NCBI GenBank assembly: GCA_964016885.1
Contig: OZ024740.1
Location: 151,466,001 to 151,530,000 of the forward strand
DNA from: Eledone cirrhosa
Taxonomy: Eukaryota
Reading direction: 5' to 3'
Length of the DNA: 64,000 bases
Positions 55,455 to 64,000 of this stretch are shown here, one piece after another (position 1 is the stretch's first letter; the number at the start of each line of letters is the position of its first letter). The notes under the pieces are model-generated. The model had not been told where the DNA came from, searched no databases, and saw nothing but the letters and a program-made list of their open reading frames with translations. The translations under genes were made by a program, and so were the position numbers.

Positions 55455-57600
55455 CGCTACTGGTAACATGTGAAACAGTACAACTTGCTACATGTTCGGG
55501 TTGACAGCGATTAAACCGGCAAACCCACCAAGACTGTTTGGTGAGGAGGGCGATTTTTATGGCCCCTGTGGAATGAAAATCAAAATCGTATGAAGGGCGG
55601 AGGAACTGAGGAGTGTCAAAGCCATCCAATAGTATGTACATATGTAAGTCTGTTGTGGGTGTGTATGTGATTCTATGTGAGTACGTATCATTTTTATTAT
55701 AACTTTTTAAACCTTTGAAAACTTCCATAACTTTTTAACTTTTTATAATAACTTATTAAAACTGTTTATTATAACGTTTTAAATCTTTAAGAATTTCATT
55801 AAAATCAGCACTGAGATAGAAAAGCCACCCCTCCCCCCACCTTTCCAAAAGAAAAATTGTCTTCAAAACCAAACTCGTAACTGCTGCTCATTCTAATATC
55901 TTACAATTTAATGTTACGGACATAAAAACAAACCAACAACGTCCACAAACATTGTATTGCGAGGAAGAAGACAAACAAATCAATATTCTCCTCAATTCCC
56001 TCGACAATTCCAAGTCTACTGACAACCAAAAAAACGCATGGAAATTAATCAAGAAATTATCAGGCAAAAAGAACTCGATATCCACATTTATCAAGGGGGA
56101 GAAACGTGTCAATGCATGGAAAAGTCATTTCGAAGCACTGCTGACTAACAACAGCGCAATAAACGACTAATTCACGATCGAATGTCAATGTCAATACCAA
56201 TACTTCTGTTGAGGATTTCTCTCCGGTTGAACTTAAAAGTACCATCAATCAGGTGAAAAACAATGAGGTGCCAAGCCTAGATGGGATTTCATGAGAAATC
56301 TGGAAACTTAAAATACTCCAAACTATCTTACTGTACTTTTGTAATATGAGCTTTAACAGAAACTGACCAGAAGAATGGATTATTTCCGGGATAGTACCTA
56401 ATCCAAAGGAAGGTGATTTAAAAAAAGCAGACAGTTATCCTGAAATAAGTCTGATACAGCTGGCTGCCAAAATTTATAATCGTCTCCTCTTGAACAGGCT
56501 TCGACTAGATTTCGAAAAAATTTGACGTCTAATGGAAAAAGTATGAAACCATCAAAAAGAAGCCATATTGACGTTATAGACTTTCGAAAAGCTTTTGATA
56601 GCATTAACCGTCAATATATGTATGAAGTTCTACTAGCTTATGGTATTCCGCGTTAGTGTAATCAGGATCATGTACTAAATCAGTCGCTGCTAGCAGAAAG
56701 AGAAACTAACTTCACAGGTATATGAGGGTGAGCAGAAAAGTTCATAAAGGATTGATGTGAGAGCTGTGAAAACATCCATGCATTAATATCACTTTTACCC
56801 ATCAAAAACGTAGACGCACTAGACATCCCTCACAACACCTAGCAGATATGGAATTTGCTGATGACATTGCCTTATATGCAAATTCAGTACGTAAGGGAAA
56901 GGATCTCTTGCACAAGCTAGAAGTTTCTACTTCAATTACGAGATTCTTCCTGAATATCAACAAAGCCATAAACATGACCATCAACTCAGATCAAGCAACA
57001 AACAGTACTGGTCTCGAAAAAATAGATGACTTCAAATACATTGACGCATACATCAACTCGTGATATGATATAAACAACAAGATAGCACAAACATGATCTG
57101 CTATGAACTCACTAGATAAGGTGTGGAAATCTAACATAACCACAACAAAAGTTAGATTATTCAAAGCTACAGTGGAAACAATCTTACTATATTCCTGTAA
57201 ATCATGGTCGGTGACAATACCTATCACCAAAGCTTTAGATGGTTGCTATACATGAATCCTAAGACGGATAAAAAGAACATCAGTCCTCTCGACCATGTTA
57301 AAACAAAAATCTCTATGGCAACCTCCCACTCATTAGTCATACCATCCGAGTTAGGAGTCTTCAACTTGCAGGTCATGTCATGAGTTGCACCGAGACTGCT
57401 ACAAATCTTTTACTATAGGTGCCTACTAATGTGAAGCTCAAACGCGGAATACCTCTCAAGGCATTAAAGTGAGACATTCAAGAAGACACAGAATTATCCG
57501 ATGAAAATTTGAGGCAGTTAATGTTGGTTGCTGTGAGATGCAATGGTTTTGTCATGTCACCAGAAAGAAATGGATGAAGGTAGTAATTGTAGTAATCGTA
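55455..57600 (+). mobile_element. Old degraded RTE LINE with 5' UTR remnant
   Basis: 55455-55630 resembles the 5' end of the 610-bp elements. RT remnants IDFRKAFDSI, MEFADDIAL, DDFKYI and LAGHV, with many stops. Confidence 0.75.
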
Positions 57601-57942
57601 GCCCAGCATTTAAAATACATACACACACGAGCTTACTTACACTCTTTACAAATTATTCCCTGTGATTGTTTCATATGTTTTTGTTTTATATATGTATGTC
57701 AATCAATTTCTAGTTGATATATAAAATGCTCGGATCTATTCATTGGAATCTTTGAGCTTATTCTGCAGTGGATATGGCGCATGTCTCTCAGATATGACAC
57801 CCTTAATATATATACGGCCCCTTAATTCTAGAGCTAACTCAGTTGAATGGATTCGGCTGCTATTTCTTGCTGTCGATAATACTATTCACGCCACTGGGAT
57901 GACGCATGTCTCTCAGACATGACACCCTTAATTTAATGTTGG

Positions 57943-58060
<118 letters not shown>

Positions 58061-58099
58061 GTGTGTGCGTGTGTGTGTGTACAATTTTTTTATGATGAG

Positions 58100-59828
<1,729 letters not shown>

Positions 59829-59889
59829 TTTAAATTTTACTCTAAGTACGGAAAGAAAGATTGAGTGAGAGAGAAAGAATGAGAGATAA

Positions 59890-59994
<105 letters not shown>

Positions 59995-60473
59995 ATTATC
60001 TATATAAGAAATATTCAAGTCACCTTCCATAAACCCTTACTCCCTAGCATATGTGACTCTGAAACATAAGAGCCACATATGCTAGGAAGGGAGAGTATAT
60101 ATCTCTTGGTAAACTCCGTGTATTTTATAAATATGGAATGAATTTCCTTTGCTTTCGAAGATTTGTGTTCCAATCTTTAGATCAATTTAATTGCCTTCTT
60201 ATGAAATTAACGTGGAAATGGCTGAGCATTCTACAGACACGTGTATGCTTAACGTAATTTTCATGGGGTATTCAACGTAACGCTTTTATTTTTATATTAC
60301 AATTTGTTTATTTTAGTTTAGTTTTTAACATTTTGAAAGGATGTATAAATGAACTCTACAACTGGCTACATTTTCCCGCCAATTGTCTTATTTTATCCGA
60401 TCTTCTAAGTTATTACTGAGAGTCAACAACTGTTGTGGCAGTTAACTTCTGTGTTTGGTATTCCCAACCCACA

Positions 60474-60526
<53 letters not shown>

Positions 60527-60589
60527 TATATATATATACACACATACACATATATATATATACACACACACACATATATATATATATAT

Positions 60590-60632
<43 letters not shown>

Positions 60633-60642
60633 TGTGTGTGTG

Positions 60643-60673
<31 letters not shown>

Positions 60674-62158
60674 ATGTGTATCGTATTTATGTGCATATCG
60701 TAATACATTTTAAGAAAATGTCTTGACTATATATTTTCCTAAAAATTCTTATTTGCATATTCCAGAATGTTTGCAGAAACCAGCCAAATACAGGTACATA
60801 TAAGCTCGTCGAATGTCAACATTAGTAAACCTATGTAAACTATTTGCATAGAATGTGTATTCAAGTCATTGACAAGTATCAAATGTAATTTGTCTAACAA
60901 GAAATGTAGCCAAATGTAACGCTTAAAAGCAAGATAAGAACAGCAATATAATAGTTTAAGGTAGATTCGTACGGAAATGTAGGCTATGCGTCATTCTTTT
61001 CTACACACGCAAACACCTGCAGACGCATGCACACACGCACACAACCGACCACAAGTCACATACATATCCTCACACACTCTGTTTGCTTTCCTAGTTTTAA
61101 TATTTCAGATGCAGCTATAATAGTTTCTGCTTTACTTAGTTATTAAGTTGCATACAATCACCACTCCAGACCCACGAGGGAATCTATGAACCATCGAATA
61201 AGATTCTACGTGGTCCATCGTCCTGTTAAAATATGCAGCCAAAATGTTCTCATATCACATCCTTCTGGCGTTGGCTTATGTAATACTACATACTCGGATA
61301 AAGTTGAAATGTCCACAGCTGGAATGCTTTGTTCATAGGTCTGAGCTACAGCAACAATCCGAAATAGCTGTTAAGTTCCAAAAAGAATCACACAAACACA
61401 CATAACACAGAAAGGATATTTATGATAATATTGTTATATATTCTTTTTAAACGGTATGGTCACGGTTGGAATATCTTTGATCAGGGGTTTGCATGATTAA
61501 AGATGTCCTGGTGATAAATACCACACCGTCAGCACCAACACCATCAACAAGAACAACAGCTCGATGTACTTCGCCATTTGTCATCTTTATCGTGTTCCTA
61601 TCTTTCAAATCTGGAAGTAATTTTTTTTTTTAGGCTTTAATCACATATAGAAAAAATATTATGTAGATTCTGCACGGATTTAATCGAAGTATTTCAAATA
61701 TGAAAGCAAAAATATTGCCAACCCTACCAGGGTGTCAGATTTATTATTTTTTTAATCTTTATTAAAACTAAAATAGTTCATTGTCTTTGTTTGAATTCAA
61801 GATGAAGCTTATCTAGCAGACACATGATCGAGGGCGTTTTTTTTTTTACGACACTCTGTAACTAAGGCGTCGGTATTTTTGTAATTTACGAGGAAACTGG
61901 ATGTTACGTATTGTTTTTATTTTATTGTTGTTAATCCTCAAACCAGCTGCTCTACATTTGATAAAAAGTGTTCCGACAGTGATCGACGCCTCTTTATGAT
62001 TTTATCATCGCATATGCAGAACAACATTATTTCATATTTTTCCTAAGGCTGTAAATGTCACCTCAGTCTAGATTTATCTGTTATTATTAGCAGTTTCATT
62101 GACCACCCAAAGGCCTTTAATCTGACTCTTGCATATAGTTTAATTAAGTTGAAAAGTA

Positions 62159-62285
62159 GGCAAATTGACAGAGTCGTTACGCTATTCCTTCCGGTTCTCT
62201 GCACACACGTCCTGCAAAGATAAGCTTTGCTTTTCATCCTTTCGAAGTTGATAAATAAAGTCCCAGTTCAGTAATGGTGTCTATT
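62159..62285 (+). mobile_element. Degenerate OR-like SINE
   Basis: GGCAAATTGACAGAGTCGTTA head and CTTTGCTTTTCATCCTTTCGAAGTTGATAAATAAAGT body. Confidence 0.5.
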
Positions 62286-63425
62286 CTTCCTTTCTATCTC
62301 TCTCGCACTTCTTCTCTCTCACTATGCCTCTTTCACTGGAAGACATTGTTGGTGTTCAGACATGGAGAAGGATGGACATCACCAGGTTGAATACCCAAGA
62401 TACGCCATATATCATTACGGTTCTCCTACTGCTCAGTCAGTCGTTAAAGGCACTGATCAAGTCGTTAGTAGCCAAACCTTGGCTGTTTATCAACAGAAGC
62501 TTGTCCCTGAATAGTGTAGAGCGTTAAAACAGACCAGTTACGGACTGTGTTGCTTTAGACTGGTGTCGGTTCGGATGACAAGTGCTCCATTAGTTTGAAC
62601 AACGGAGATTAGTTTGCAAATGGTGGAGCATTCCTTGATACGTACCTTTAACGCAATTCTCGGGGAGGATTCATTGTGATACAATATGTGACATTTATGT
62701 TACAAGCACAACACACTTCAGGTACAAACTATTTCCTTCGCTGGAGAGACTGGATGAGTATTAAACAGAGAATTCATCTAACATTAGGATAACTTATTGT
62801 GAAGATTTTATTTTATTTTATTTTATTTTATTTTTCCAAAGAAATTCAGTGGTAAAACGACGCCAATTGATGATTTAATTATAAAAGTAGGCTGACGAAA
62901 TATTTAATTAATATAAGATTGGTTTGATTATTTCCAATATTTCCAGCATTAAAAATAGCCACAGGGGTCTTAAATATAATTATTATGAAAAATATTATTA
63001 TTTGGTCGAGAAAACAAGCACGAAAACTCTGAAATCTATTAGGTTTCATCAGAAGTGTTTAAGCTTCACCCTCGCTTGCCACGTCTTTGCTATATAGAAT
63101 CTACATAAAACATCGATTTCTGATTTCTTTGTTAGTGATGTATATGAGTTATATATGTGATGTATATGAGTTATATATCATTCAGAATGATTCTCTGATG
63201 CAGATATTTTCTTCCGCCCTTGTATAAATGAAGTAGCACCATCTTCGATTGACCATTTCATATTTACTTTATTTCTCTCATCTTATATTACCCATATGCA
63301 TTTTGAAAGCACCATGTATTGAAACAATATGTTGTAGTGGACATAGCGCGTTTCAAAAGAGACAGAAATGCATGGAATTTTCCTTGATTCGCCATTTTGA
63401 AAACAAAAGAAAAAGAAATCTATAT

Positions 63426-63456
<31 letters not shown>

Positions 63457-63632
63457 TCTATGTGTCTACTTTATAATGTAATCTGTGAACAATAGACTCG
63501 TTAGTTACATGTTTATAAATTTACACTACATTCCTGAAACTAAAACTCCTGAGGCCGAACAAATATCATAATGTAAAGCCCTACCATTTGTAAGTTTTTT
63601 TCAAATTTTCTATTCAGTCTTTACATCGATGG

Positions 63633-63711
<79 letters not shown>

Positions 63712-64000
63712 GTATGTATGTTCATCTGGGTTTATAATTTTATGAACTTTTACCAATAGAGAGAGAGTCGGTTTCTAACATAGACACAAGACACTTTCAT
63801 TGGAATTTAGACAACATCAACTAGGTAGATATGAATGAATGTCTGCATGCTTGGGTGTGTGTGTGCAGGTTTGGATGTTATTGTATGTGTGCATGTGAAT
63901 ATATTTTGTATCTGTAAATGTGTACATGAAGTTATTACATGCAAAATTTATGAAATGTTTTACATATGTTTAGTGTTGCATCAATGGATTGTACTTGCAA

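Noticed and set aside
57778-57932. 30-bp direct repeats around a 95-bp spacer (CRISPR-like or TSD)
   Set aside because: Only two copies in a eukaryotic context; most simply a local duplication around a repeat fragment.

Overview
Eukaryotic, AT-rich, repeat-dominated genomic DNA, most likely octopus/cephalopod (inferred from OK-like and OR-like tRNA SINEs, long (TA)n/(CA)n/(AGT)n tracts and the LINE spectrum). Only one credible host gene is visible: an intronless ORF (27519-28541, +, 340 aa) for a single-pass membrane protein with a long disordered tail. The rest is mobile DNA: Tx1/L1-like, CR1-like and several RTE LINE remnants, two copies of a 610-bp bipartite non-autonomous RTE, a decayed Tc1/mariner (rosa-like) transposon with TIRs, two Penelope-like elements (PLEs) and many short fold-back PLE remnants, mostly sitting in TA microsatellites. 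Reading the non-coding sequence by eye reveals several distinct families of minimal type I hammerhead ribozyme motifs. These include a retrozyme-like tandem unit (30964-32320), a U3-A8 core variant inside a 300-bp palindrome and a fixed CAGAAGA core variant. A conserved multi-branch RNA structure at RTE 5' ends is a candidate self-cleaving RNA. Most long ORFs in the supplied track are microsatellite artefacts. All family assignments come from motif recognition, not database searches.
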